Shown: positions 1-8,572 of the stretch, one piece after another
Position numbering within the stretch: the stretch's first letter is position 1
How the letters are laid out: the number at the start of each line of letters is the position of its first letter
From: Gammaproteobacteria bacterium
GTDB taxonomy: Bacteria > Pseudomonadota > Gammaproteobacteria > Burkholderiales > SG8-39
Assembly (NCBI GenBank): GCA_041496705.1
Contig: JBGQFD010000002.1
Span: forward strand, 17,938-81,937
DNA length: 64,000 nt
Direction of reading: 5' to 3'
Made by a program: the position numbers and the translations under genes
The notes under the pieces: generated by a model
Told to the model about the DNA's origin: nothing
The model's input: the letters and a program-made list of their open reading frames with translations, nothing else
Database searches by the model: none

Positions 1-226
1 CGGCTGCCGCCTGGAGGGCTGTTTCGGCCTTGCCGAACATCACCATCAGCTCGTCGCCGATCTCCTTGACGACCTGGCCCTGATGCGCGCCCACGATGCT
101 GCGAAGCTCGTTGAGGCAGAGGTCGATCGCCTTCTTGGCGGGCTTGTTGCCGAGCTTCTCGTAGAGCTCGGTGCTGCCGCTGACGTCGGCAAAAAATATG
201 GCGCGCTCTCTTGATACCAGGGTCAT
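1..226 (-). CDS. Class III adenylate/guanylate cyclase domain protein. The N-terminal part is inside the window; the gene runs off the left edge.
   Basis: Reverse-strand ATG at 226..224. The translation MTLVSRERAIFFADVSGSTELYEKLGN...EIGDELMVMF carries the F-x-D-x-x-G-S-T and IGD metal-binding motifs of cyclase homology domains. Confidence 0.6.
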   Translation of the reverse strand, partial: MTLVSRERAIFFADVSGSTELYEKLGNKPAKKAIDLCLNELRSIVGAHQGQVVKEIGDELMVMFGKAETALQAAA

Positions 227-321
227 GGCAGTTATGCGTTGCGGAGTTCACCCGCTTTTTTGTAGAGTATCCCTTATTTCCCCCGGTCTGACTACTGCCG
301 GCACCGCCTCTGGAGAACATC

Positions 322-1794
322 ATGAACGCCAACGTCAAGGTCCTCGAGCGCAAGTGCTACATCAACGGCCAGTTCGTCGCCGGAAAAAAACAGTTCACCA
401 AGATCAACCCGGTGGACGGCAGCGTGGTCGCGCAGGTGCACGAGGCCGACCGGGACATGGTCGACGCGGCGGTGCGCGCCGCAAAGGCCGCCCTGCACGG
501 CCCCTGGGGCAGGATGGCGCTGCAGGCGCGCGTCGACCTGCTGCGCAAGGTGGCCGAGGGCATCGAAAAGCGCTTCGACGATTTCCTCGCCGCCGAAGTC
601 GCCGACACCGGCAAGCCCGTGTCGCTCGCGAGCCACCTCGACATCCCGCGCGGTGCCGCCAATTTCCGTGTGTTCGCCGACATCGTGCGCACCTACGGCA
701 CCGAGTCGTACTTCCTCGACACGCCCGACGGCAAGGGCGCGGTCAACTACGCGGTGCGCAAACCCCTGGGCGTGGTCGGAGTAATCGCGCCTTGGAACCT
801 GCCGCTGCTGCTCCTCACCTGGAAGCTCGCTCCGGCGCTCGCCTGCGGCAATACCATCGTGGCAAAGCCTTCGGAGGAGACGCCTTCCACTGCAACGCTG
901 CTCGCCGAGGTGATGCACGAAGCCGGCGTGCCCCCGGGCGTCTACAACGTGGTGCACGGCTTCGGGCCCGACTCGGCCGGCGAGTTCATCACCACGCACC
1001 CGCACGTGAACGGCGTCACTTTCACCGGCGAGACCGCCACGGGCTCCGCGATCATGAAGGCGGTCGCGCCGACGGTGAAGCCGATCTCCTTCGAACTCGG
1101 GGGCAAGAATCCCGGCATCGTCTTCGCCGATTGCGATTTCGACGCCGCGGTCGCCGGTATGTCGAACGCGATCTTCTCCAACGCCGGCCAGGTGTGCCTC
1201 GCGCCGGAGCGCGTCTACATCGAGCGGCCGATCTTCGATCGCTTCGTGGCGGCGCTGAAGGCGAGGGCCGAGGCGCTGGTGTTGGGCTTCCCGCAGGACA
1301 AGAACACCAGCATGGGGCCACTCATCTCGAAGCAGCACCGCGAGAAAGTCCTCTCCTATTACGATCTGGCGACGAAGGAAGGCGCAAAGGTGGTCACTGG
1401 CGGCGGCGTGCCGAAATTCGGCGATGCGCGCGACAACGGCTGCTACATCCAGCCCACGCTGTGGACCGGACTATCTGAGACCGCGCGGACTGTGAAGGAG
1501 GAGATCTTCGGTCCGTGCGCGCACCTCGCCCCTTTCGACAAGGAGGAGGACGCGATCGCCATGGCCAACGACACGCGCTACGGCCTCGCATCCACAGTCT
1601 GGACCACGAACCTGTCGCGCGGCCACCGCGTCGGACAAGCGATGGAGGTGGGCGTCTCCTGGGTGAACTGCTGGTTCCTGCGCGACCTGCGCACGCCCTT
1701 CGGCGGCACCAAGCTCTCCGGCATCGGCCGCGAGGGTGGGTTGCATTCGCTGAATTTCTATTCCGAGCCCAGCAACGTCTGCATCAAGCTCTGA
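322..1794 (+). CDS. NAD+-dependent aldehyde dehydrogenase, 2-aminomuconate/2-hydroxymuconate semialdehyde dehydrogenase type
   Basis: 490-aa ORF with a GGAGA RBS before the ATG. ALDH motifs FELGGKNP (catalytic Glu) and NAGQVCLAPERVYI (catalytic Cys) are present. It lies immediately upstream of a 3-hydroxyanthranilate dioxygenase gene. Confidence 0.9.
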   Translation: MNANVKVLERKCYINGQFVAGKKQFTKINPVDGSVVAQVHEADRDMVDAAVRAAKAALHGPWGRMALQARVDLLRKVAEGIEKRFDDFLAAEVADTGKPVSLASHLDIPRGAANFRVFADIVRTYGTESYFLDTPDGKGAVNYAVRKPLGVVGVIAPWNLPLLLLTWKLAPALACGNTIVAKPSEETPSTATLLAEVMHEAGVPPGVYNVVHGFGPDSAGEFITTHPHVNGVTFTGETATGSAIMKAVAPTVKPISFELGGKNPGIVFADCDFDAAVAGMSNAIFSNAGQVCLAPERVYIERPIFDRFVAALKARAEALVLGFPQDKNTSMGPLISKQHREKVLSYYDLATKEGAKVVTGGGVPKFGDARDNGCYIQPTLWTGLSETARTVKEEIFGPCAHLAPFDKEEDAIAMANDTRYGLASTVWTTNLSRGHRVGQAMEVGVSWVNCWFLRDLRTPFGGTKLSGIGREGGLHSLNFYSEPSNVCIKL

Positions 1795-2322
<528 letters not shown>

Positions 2323-2327
2323 AGTCT

Positions 2328-3398
2328 GTGGGATCGCCGCGCATAGAGGAACATCGCAAGGCAGCGGTGCGCGCCGGACTCGACTACGTCACCGACGGTC
2401 TCGCCGGCATCCGCAGGCAGCGCGCCGGCAAGGGCTGGGCGTTCTACGCTCCCGACGGCACGAAGATCGACGACAAGGCGGAGCGCAAGCGCATCAGTGC
2501 GCTGGTGATTCCGCCCGCCTGGACCGACGTCTGGATCTGCCCCGATGCCAAGGGCCACATCCAGGCCACCGCCCGCGACGCGCGCGGACGCAAGCAGTAC
2601 CGCTACCATCCCCGTTACCGTGAGACACGCGACAAATCGAAGTTCCGCCGCATGCTGGAATTCAGCGAAATCCTCCCGGAAATCCGCGAGCGCGTCGAGC
2701 GCGACCTGCGCGCTCGCGACCTGACGCGACGCCAGATCCTCGCCACCGTGGTGATGCTCCTCGACAAGACGCTGATCCGTGTCGGCAATGACGAGTACGC
2801 GCGCGAGAACCGCTCCTTCGGGCTGACGACGCTGCGCGGCCGGCACGTCGAGGTCACGGGCGCAAAGCTGCGCTTCTCCTTCCGCGGCAAGAGCGGCGTC
2901 GACCATTCGATCGCCATCACCGACCGGCGGCTCGCGCGCATCATCCAGCAGTGCCAGGATCTTCCGGGGTATGAACTCTTCAAGTACATCGACACCCACG
3001 GCAAGCGCCAGACGATTTCCTCCGACGACGTCAATGCGTACCTGCGCGAGACCACCGGCCGCGACATCACCGCCAAGGACTTCCGCACCTGGGCGGGCAC
3101 CATGCTCGCCGCGAGGGAACTGTGCGCCATGGGCCCGGCGAAAAGCCAGCGCGAAGCCGAAAGAAACATGATCCGCGCCATCGACGCCGTCGCCGAGCGC
3201 CTCGGCAACACCCGCACCGTGTGCCGCAAGTACTACGTCCACCCGGGCCTGGTGCGCACGTACCTGCAGGGACTCACCGCCGCCCTGCCCTCGGCGCCGC
3301 CGCCGCAGAAGGCGCGGAGGGAGCATCCGTCGGCGGCGCTGCGGCGCGACGAGGTGGCGGTGCTGCAGTTTTTGCAGGAGGATGCGCGGGAGGGTTGA
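2328..3398 (+). CDS. DNA topoisomerase IB (bacterial, poxvirus-like)
   Basis: The ORF 2115..3398 is trimmed to the in-frame GTG at 2328, just after the HAO stop. The sequence IPPAWTDVWICPDAKGHIQATARDARGRKQYRYHP...FRGKSGV...TAKDFRTWAGT...CRKYYVHP matches the conserved TopIB blocks, including the catalytic Tyr context. Confidence 0.85.
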   Translation: MGSPRIEEHRKAAVRAGLDYVTDGLAGIRRQRAGKGWAFYAPDGTKIDDKAERKRISALVIPPAWTDVWICPDAKGHIQATARDARGRKQYRYHPRYRETRDKSKFRRMLEFSEILPEIRERVERDLRARDLTRRQILATVVMLLDKTLIRVGNDEYARENRSFGLTTLRGRHVEVTGAKLRFSFRGKSGVDHSIAITDRRLARIIQQCQDLPGYELFKYIDTHGKRQTISSDDVNAYLRETTGRDITAKDFRTWAGTMLAARELCAMGPAKSQREAERNMIRAIDAVAERLGNTRTVCRKYYVHPGLVRTYLQGLTAALPSAPPPQKARREHPSAALRRDEVAVLQFLQEDAREG

Positions 3399-3468
3399 TG
3401 CGAGAAGCAGCGCACTTCGGTTTATCGATTCGTACGCCCGCGCGCGGGCGCGAACGTTGGACGGACGG

Positions 3469-4074
3469 ATGAGATCGGGCAGCGAGTCGGGAGGCACGCT
3501 CGTCCTGGCGGGGTTCGAACCCTTCGACGGGCGGTCGCAAAACCGATCGTGGGAGGTGGTTCGACGGGTCCGCGCCCGGGCGGGTCTGGAAACGATTCAG
3601 CTGCCAGTCGACTTCGCAAAGCTCAAGGCGGCGGTAGTTCGGCTGACCAGCCGGAATCCACGGGGATTGCTGCTTCTCGGAGAATCTCCGACCAAGTGCG
3701 TATGCGTCGAACAGGTGGCTCTCAATGTCCTCGACTCCGATACGCCCGACAACGGCGGATCAAAACCCCAGGGAGAGGCGCTCGTCCCTGATGGTCCACT
3801 GGCGCTCCCGGCGGCGTGGAACGCGCGGATGGTCGCGCAGAAGCTGAATGAGAGCGGAATACCGGCCGCGCATTCCTTTCACGCCGGTACATTCGCTTGC
3901 AACGCCGCCCTGTACTTGGCCCTTCATGCCTTGCCCAATCTGCCTTCAGTGGGATTCGTTCACGTCCCCCATCGGCGCTGGCCGTTCGGGTTGAGACTCG
4001 GTGTTCTACTCCGGGCTGTAGACATCTGTATCGATGCGCTGCTCGGTCAGGACGGGGCTTCTCCCCGCCGCTGA
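3469..4074 (+). CDS. Pyroglutamyl-peptidase I (peptidase C15) family protein
   Basis: LVLAGFEPFDG...VEQVALN...DTPDNGG...HAGTFACNAALY...VGFVHVP contains the Glu / Cys / His triad contexts of Pcp. The start was chosen at the ATG at 3469; the upstream ORF part overlaps the TopIB end. Confidence 0.75.
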   Translation: MRSGSESGGTLVLAGFEPFDGRSQNRSWEVVRRVRARAGLETIQLPVDFAKLKAAVVRLTSRNPRGLLLLGESPTKCVCVEQVALNVLDSDTPDNGGSKPQGEALVPDGPLALPAAWNARMVAQKLNESGIPAAHSFHAGTFACNAALYLALHALPNLPSVGFVHVPHRRWPFGLRLGVLLRAVDICIDALLGQDGASPRR

Positions 4075-4146
4075 ACGGCAGGCTCGCTGGATTCACGCAA
4101 GAGAACGCCGTCGATAGCACATGGCCGGTTTCCGACGTATCCCTCC

Positions 4147-4533
4147 GTGACCATCCGAATCGTCCGGCTCGGCACGAAGCGCCTCCGCGGCGAAGGCCTG
4201 CGCATCGGCACGGTGCGCAAACCGCCGCGCGGGGTGCCGCGCGGCCGGCATGCGTCCGGGAACTGGTACGACGTCTGGTTTCCCGAGCTCGCGCCGAGCG
4301 CGGCGACGGTCAGGATCGGACAGTCCGCCGGAACGGAGCAGGAATGGGCGCGTTTCGCGAGAAGATACCGCGCCGAAATGAATTCGCCGTCCAGCCGTCG
4401 GGCGCTCGACCTGCTCGCCGCCTTGTCGCACCGGACGAACTTCTCTGTGGGTTGCTACTGTGCCGATCCTGCACACTGCCACCGCTCGCTGCTGCGCGAC
4501 TTGCTCCTCGCGCGCGGCGCCGACGTGCGCTGA
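4147..4533 (+). CDS. DUF488 family protein
   Basis: 128 aa. RIGTVRKPPRGV...WFPELAPS...VGCYCADPAHCHRSLL is characteristic of DUF488. Confidence 0.8.
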   Translation: MTIRIVRLGTKRLRGEGLRIGTVRKPPRGVPRGRHASGNWYDVWFPELAPSAATVRIGQSAGTEQEWARFARRYRAEMNSPSSRRALDLLAALSHRTNFSVGCYCADPAHCHRSLLRDLLLARGADVR

Positions 4534-4537
4534 AGCC

Positions 4538-5410
4538 CTACTTCCTCGCCTTCAGGTACCAGTCGAGAATCTCCTCGCCGTTCCAGTGCACCACGCCCTT
4601 GAACCCGGCGATGTGCGCGTACACCTGCTCCAGGTACTTGATGCGGAACGGCTGGCCGCTGATATAGGGATGGATGGCGATCGCCATGATCTTCGGCCGC
4701 TCGGCGCCTTCTTCGTAGAGCCGATCGAAGCAGTCGACGCATTTCTGCCTCCAGTACGCCGCCTCGTGGTGCTGCACGATCATCATCGGGATGTCGTTGC
4801 ATTCCACCGTATACGGCAGCGTGACGAGCGGACCCTTCTTGGTCGAGATCTCGGTCGGCTCGTCGTCGTAGACCCAGTCGCCGATGTACTTGATGCCGGC
4901 GGCGGCGAGGTTTTCGGGCGTCTCGTAGGTCTCGGTGAGTCCCGGCCCGAGCCAGCCGAGGGGTTTCTTTCCGGTGAATTTCTCTAGCGTGTCGAGCGAG
5001 CGCTTGATCATCGCGCGCTGGTTCTTTTCCTTGTGGATCGGGCCCTGCTGGTAGCTGTGGCCCATGAACTCCCAGCCGGAGTCCTTGCAGGCCTGCGCCA
5101 CGCGCGGATAGTCGACGCAGACGCGCGCGTTGATAGCGACGGTCGGCTTGAGGCCCAGGCGCTCGTACAGGGCGTGGAACCGCCAGAAGCCGACGCGCAT
5201 GCCGTACTCGTGCCAGCTCCAGTTGGGCACATCGGGCAAGAGCGGCACGCCGGTGGGCGCGGGCAGCACCTGCCGCGCCATCGGCCCGGCGATGTCCCAG
5301 ACTTCCAGGTTGACGATGGTCCAGACGACGACGCGTTCCCCGCCCGGAAGCCGCAGCTTCGGCCGATCGACGATCGCCGAATACGGGACGCGGTCGCGCG
5401 GGATGGTCAT
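4538..5410 (-). CDS. Polysaccharide deacetylase family protein (PuuE/allantoinase-like)
   Basis: 290 aa. The blocks VWTIVNLEVWD...WHEYGMRVGFWR...GWEFMGHSY...AIAIHPYISGQPFR are typical of this deacetylase subgroup. Its ATG overlaps the stop of the upstream gene (ATGA). Confidence 0.85.
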   Translation of the reverse strand: MTIPRDRVPYSAIVDRPKLRLPGGERVVVWTIVNLEVWDIAGPMARQVLPAPTGVPLLPDVPNWSWHEYGMRVGFWRFHALYERLGLKPTVAINARVCVDYPRVAQACKDSGWEFMGHSYQQGPIHKEKNQRAMIKRSLDTLEKFTGKKPLGWLGPGLTETYETPENLAAAGIKYIGDWVYDDEPTEISTKKGPLVTLPYTVECNDIPMMIVQHHEAAYWRQKCVDCFDRLYEEGAERPKIMAIAIHPYISGQPFRIKYLEQVYAHIAGFKGVVHWNGEEILDWYLKARK

Positions 5411-6504
5411 TTGCGCTTCTTCTTCTTGGAGGGTTTCGGTTTCGCCTTGCGTTCAGCCTTCGGTGCCGTCGGCAGCTCCAGCCGCAGCAGGCGCATGGCG
5501 TTGCCGAAGTAGACCTTGCGCCTGTCGCCATCCTTCAGCCTGAGCGAATCGATCGTCTTGATGATCTCGCGGATGAACAACGGCCCCCCTTCGGGATCGA
5601 AGGGGCAGTCGGTGCCGAAGAGCACGTGATCGGTGCCGAAGAAATCCAGCCCGCAGCGGGTCGCCGAGCGCGAACCGTTGACCGAGGTGTCGGCGTAGAA
5701 CATCCTGAAGTAATCCACTGGGCGCTTCGCCATGCGTTTCAGGATCAGCGTGTAATCCTCGTCCGCGGTGCGCGCGCCCAGCTGGTCCATGCCCAGCCCG
5801 ATGCGCGCGTCGAAAAACGGCGCCATCGCGCCCAGGTGGTGCGTGATGATCTTGAGATCCGGCAGCTTCTCGAGCATCCCCGAGAACACCAGGCGCGCCA
5901 TGAACGCGCTGGTTTCGTACGGCCAGCCGAACAGCCACCAGATTTCGTACTTCGACTTGTCCTCGCCCGGGTAGTCGGCGAATTTCGCCCCGCGCGTGGG
6001 GTGCACCCAGATCGGCAGGTCGTAGTGATTGGCCATGCGCTCGAAGATCGGAAAGAACTCGGGATCGTCGAGCGGCCGTCCGTTCACGTTGGTGAAGATC
6101 TGTATCCCCTTCGCGCCCAACTGGGTGATGGCGCGGTCCATCTCCTTCAGCGCCTCGGGGACGTTGTTCATGGGGAGCGAAGCCACGAACGCGGGAAAGT
6201 ATTGCGGATGCTGCGCCACGATCTCCGCCATGCCGTCGTTGGCGAGCCTGGCGAGCGCCGGCGACTGGTCGTACGGGGCGAGGAACTCTATAGCCGGCAG
6301 CGACAGCGTGAGGACCTGCCGATAGCCCTTGAAGCGGTCCATCATCCTCAACCGCGCGTCCAGGTCCCACAGCACCGGAATGTGCAGCCAGCGCTTGATC
6401 TGCCCGGCGAGCGAGGGATTCTGCTCGGCGATGGCCTTCATGCGATCGAAGAAGGCCTTGGGGAAGATGTGCGGGAAGATGTCGAGTTTGAGATCGGGTG
6501 TCAT
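5407..6504 (-). CDS. Amidohydrolase_2 (COG2159, ACMSD-like decarboxylase/hydrolase superfamily) protein with a Lys-rich C-terminal tail
   Basis: 365 aa. It begins KLDIFPHIFP (D-x-F-x-H, not the ACMSD D-x-H-x-H), then IWVHP...ITHHLGAM...YADTSV...VLFGTDCPFD. The tail is PKAERKAKPKPSKKKKRK. Confidence 0.85.
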   Translation of the reverse strand: MTPDLKLDIFPHIFPKAFFDRMKAIAEQNPSLAGQIKRWLHIPVLWDLDARLRMMDRFKGYRQVLTLSLPAIEFLAPYDQSPALARLANDGMAEIVAQHPQYFPAFVASLPMNNVPEALKEMDRAITQLGAKGIQIFTNVNGRPLDDPEFFPIFERMANHYDLPIWVHPTRGAKFADYPGEDKSKYEIWWLFGWPYETSAFMARLVFSGMLEKLPDLKIITHHLGAMAPFFDARIGLGMDQLGARTADEDYTLILKRMAKRPVDYFRMFYADTSVNGSRSATRCGLDFFGTDHVLFGTDCPFDPEGGPLFIREIIKTIDSLRLKDGDRRKVYFGNAMRLLRLELPTAPKAERKAKPKPSKKKKRK

Positions 6505-6594
6505 TCGGTTTCGGCCCTCTGGATTCAGGGCGCAAGGATAGCGTCAAACCCGCGCGGCTCCAAGATCTTGCGCGCGGTAAAGTCGCGGGGCCGC

Positions 6595-7383
6595 TCAGAG
6601 GTCCTCGCCGAGCCGATCGACGAAGCGCGTCATCGCCTCGAGCACGACCTGCGGCTGGTCGCGGTGTGGCGAATGGCGGCAATCGGCGAGGCGCAGCAGT
6701 TCGACCGCCCCGCCCGCCTGGGCGGCGATGGCTTCGAGCTGGGCCATGGTCCCGTACTCGTCGTCGAAACCCTGGATGGCGAGGATCGGGCAGTGGATGC
6801 GCGGCAGGGTTTCCTCGATGTTCCAGGCGCGGAAGGCCGGGTGCAACCAGATGTCGTTCCAGCCGCGGAACGTGTTGCCAGCGTCGGCGTGGTGCCGGGC
6901 AAGCTTCTGCGGCAGGTCGGTGGTCTCGAACGCAAGCTTGGCCGCGGCGATGCTCTTGATGCCCAAGTCCTCGACGAATACGTGCGCCGCCATCACCACC
7001 AGCCCACGCACGTCGCTGCGGCCCGCCGCGTAAATGAGTGCGATCGAGGCGCCGTCGGAATGTCCCACCAGCACCGGATCGGCCACGGCCAGGCGCTCGA
7101 GTAGCTCGGGCAGCACCTCGAGCGCTTCAGTGTGCATGTAGTCGACCGTGCGCGGCTCGCGCAGCCCCTGGGATTGCCCGTAACCGTAGCGCGAGTACAC
7201 CACCGCCTCGCATCCGGTCGCGGCCGCCGCCTGCTGCGGGAAATCGCGCCACATCGACAACGACCCCAAGCCTTCGTGGAGAAATACCAGCGTAGGTCCC
7301 CCGGGTCGCGGCGCGGCGATGCGCCCGACCTCGAGCCTGCGTCCCCGAACGGTGACGAAAGAAATTTCCTGACTGACGGACAA
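6595..7383 (-). CDS. Alpha/beta hydrolase
   Basis: 262 aa with a TTG start preceded by GAGGGAG. Contains LVFLHEGLGS and the nucleophile elbow VGHSDGA. Confidence 0.85.
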   Translation of the reverse strand: MSVSQEISFVTVRGRRLEVGRIAAPRPGGPTLVFLHEGLGSLSMWRDFPQQAAAATGCEAVVYSRYGYGQSQGLREPRTVDYMHTEALEVLPELLERLAVADPVLVGHSDGASIALIYAAGRSDVRGLVVMAAHVFVEDLGIKSIAAAKLAFETTDLPQKLARHHADAGNTFRGWNDIWLHPAFRAWNIEETLPRIHCPILAIQGFDDEYGTMAQLEAIAAQAGGAVELLRLADCRHSPHRDQPQVVLEAMTRFVDRLGEDL

Positions 7384-7458
7384 GAGTTCCGCTCCCTCTC
7401 AATGGCCTCGGGCGCAAGTCTAGCGGAGGTGCAGCGGACGCACGACCCGCGCTGCGAG

Positions 7459-8559
7459 TCAGAACCTTAGCGGTTTCCAGTACCCGGTGAGTTCGAGGTA
7501 TCCCCGGCCCAGCGCCTTCTCGCCCTGCCGCGCGCGCACGGCACCCTCCCAATAGATCGCGCCGGTGCTGGCGCGCGAGTCGAGCTCCTGGTCGTCGATC
7601 AGCGGTTCGAGATCGAGCGCCAACCCGGCCGCCTCCACCCGCAGCGCCACCGGATACGCGGCACCGCTGCGCGGCGAGCGCCAGTGGCGCAAGGGAACAA
7701 ACCGTACTTCTCCGCGCCGAAGGCTGCGCACGCGTCCGTCCGCGGCGCGCAGCGATCCTCCCGACCAGAACGCGCCGCCGTCCCTGCCGCGAATGCGAAA
7801 CGCCATGAGCGCGCCACCGTCGGCGAGATTGATGCCGATCCAGTCCCAGCCGACCGCCTCCTCGGCCAAGTACTCGCTCGACCACTCGTGGTCGAGCCAG
7901 GCTTCGCCCGTCACTTCCACGGCGCGGTTCTCCACGACGACGCTGCCCTTCACCGCGAGCTGCGGCAGACTGTAGTAGTAGCTCGCCTGGGCCGGCCGGG
8001 GACCCTTGCGGCTGAAACCCTGGTCGCCCTGGAGGAACGGTGGCTGCCTCGCTTCGAAGCGCAAGGCATAGCGGAACCCCCGCGCAATGACTTCCGCGGC
8101 ATAACCGCCGTCGGTCGCCTTCAGCGACCAGTCCTCGATGGCGATGTCCATCCTCCCCTCGGCGGCTTCCGCGAGGCCAAACCCGGAACGCGCGGCACGC
8201 TGGTCGCCGAGCAGGCGGCCGGCTTCGGGACGCGAGAGCGCCGCGTGCGCGAACAGCAGCTGCCGCGGCGTGAATCGGCTCGCGCCTTCTTCGGCTACCC
8301 GCGGGCGGTTGCGAAAGAAAGTGATCTGCATGCCCATGTCGCGGCCGTCGGCGGTCCTCAACCATCCGGTGATGTACCACCACTCGGTGCGGAACTGCGG
8401 GTGGCTGCCGTGATCGCGCGGAAATTTCAGCACCGTGCCCGGGCGCACGCGGGCATAGTCTGCCTGCGCGGACGCGACGATCGGCCAGCACGCGATCGAG
8501 AGAACGAGCAGTGCGCTCCCCTTTAGCGGAGTGCCAGATCGGCAGTGGCTCACCGGCAT
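7459..8559 (-). CDS. AttH-like lipocalin/CrtC-domain secreted protein (ABC-transporter-associated)
   Basis: 366 aa with a signal peptide. FPRDHGSHPQFRTEWWYITGWL...WLDHEWSS is the AttH/COG5621 signature. It lies 13 nt downstream of an FtsX permease. Confidence 0.8.
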   Translation of the reverse strand: MPVSHCRSGTPLKGSALLVLSIACWPIVASAQADYARVRPGTVLKFPRDHGSHPQFRTEWWYITGWLRTADGRDMGMQITFFRNRPRVAEEGASRFTPRQLLFAHAALSRPEAGRLLGDQRAARSGFGLAEAAEGRMDIAIEDWSLKATDGGYAAEVIARGFRYALRFEARQPPFLQGDQGFSRKGPRPAQASYYYSLPQLAVKGSVVVENRAVEVTGEAWLDHEWSSEYLAEEAVGWDWIGINLADGGALMAFRIRGRDGGAFWSGGSLRAADGRVRSLRRGEVRFVPLRHWRSPRSGAAYPVALRVEAAGLALDLEPLIDDQELDSRASTGAIYWEGAVRARQGEKALGRGYLELTGYWKPLRF

Positions 8560-8572
8560 GCCGCGCGTTTCA

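Noticed and set aside
171-1478. Long ORFs overlapping the aldehyde dehydrogenase gene (171..1478 +, 292..1338 -). Many similar ORFs occur throughout the window, e.g. 5453..6682 -, 5626..7104 +, 7127..8491 -, 8550..9884 -, 9338..10711 +, 11918..13621 +, 35433..37700 +, 35614..37095 -, 45747..47480 -, 56345..58093 +, 59964..61172 -, 61200..62525 -.
   Set aside because: These are Arg/Pro/Gly/Ala-rich shadow frames typical of high-GC DNA. Each overlaps, out of frame or antisense, a gene with clear family motifs, and none has a recognisable motif of its own.
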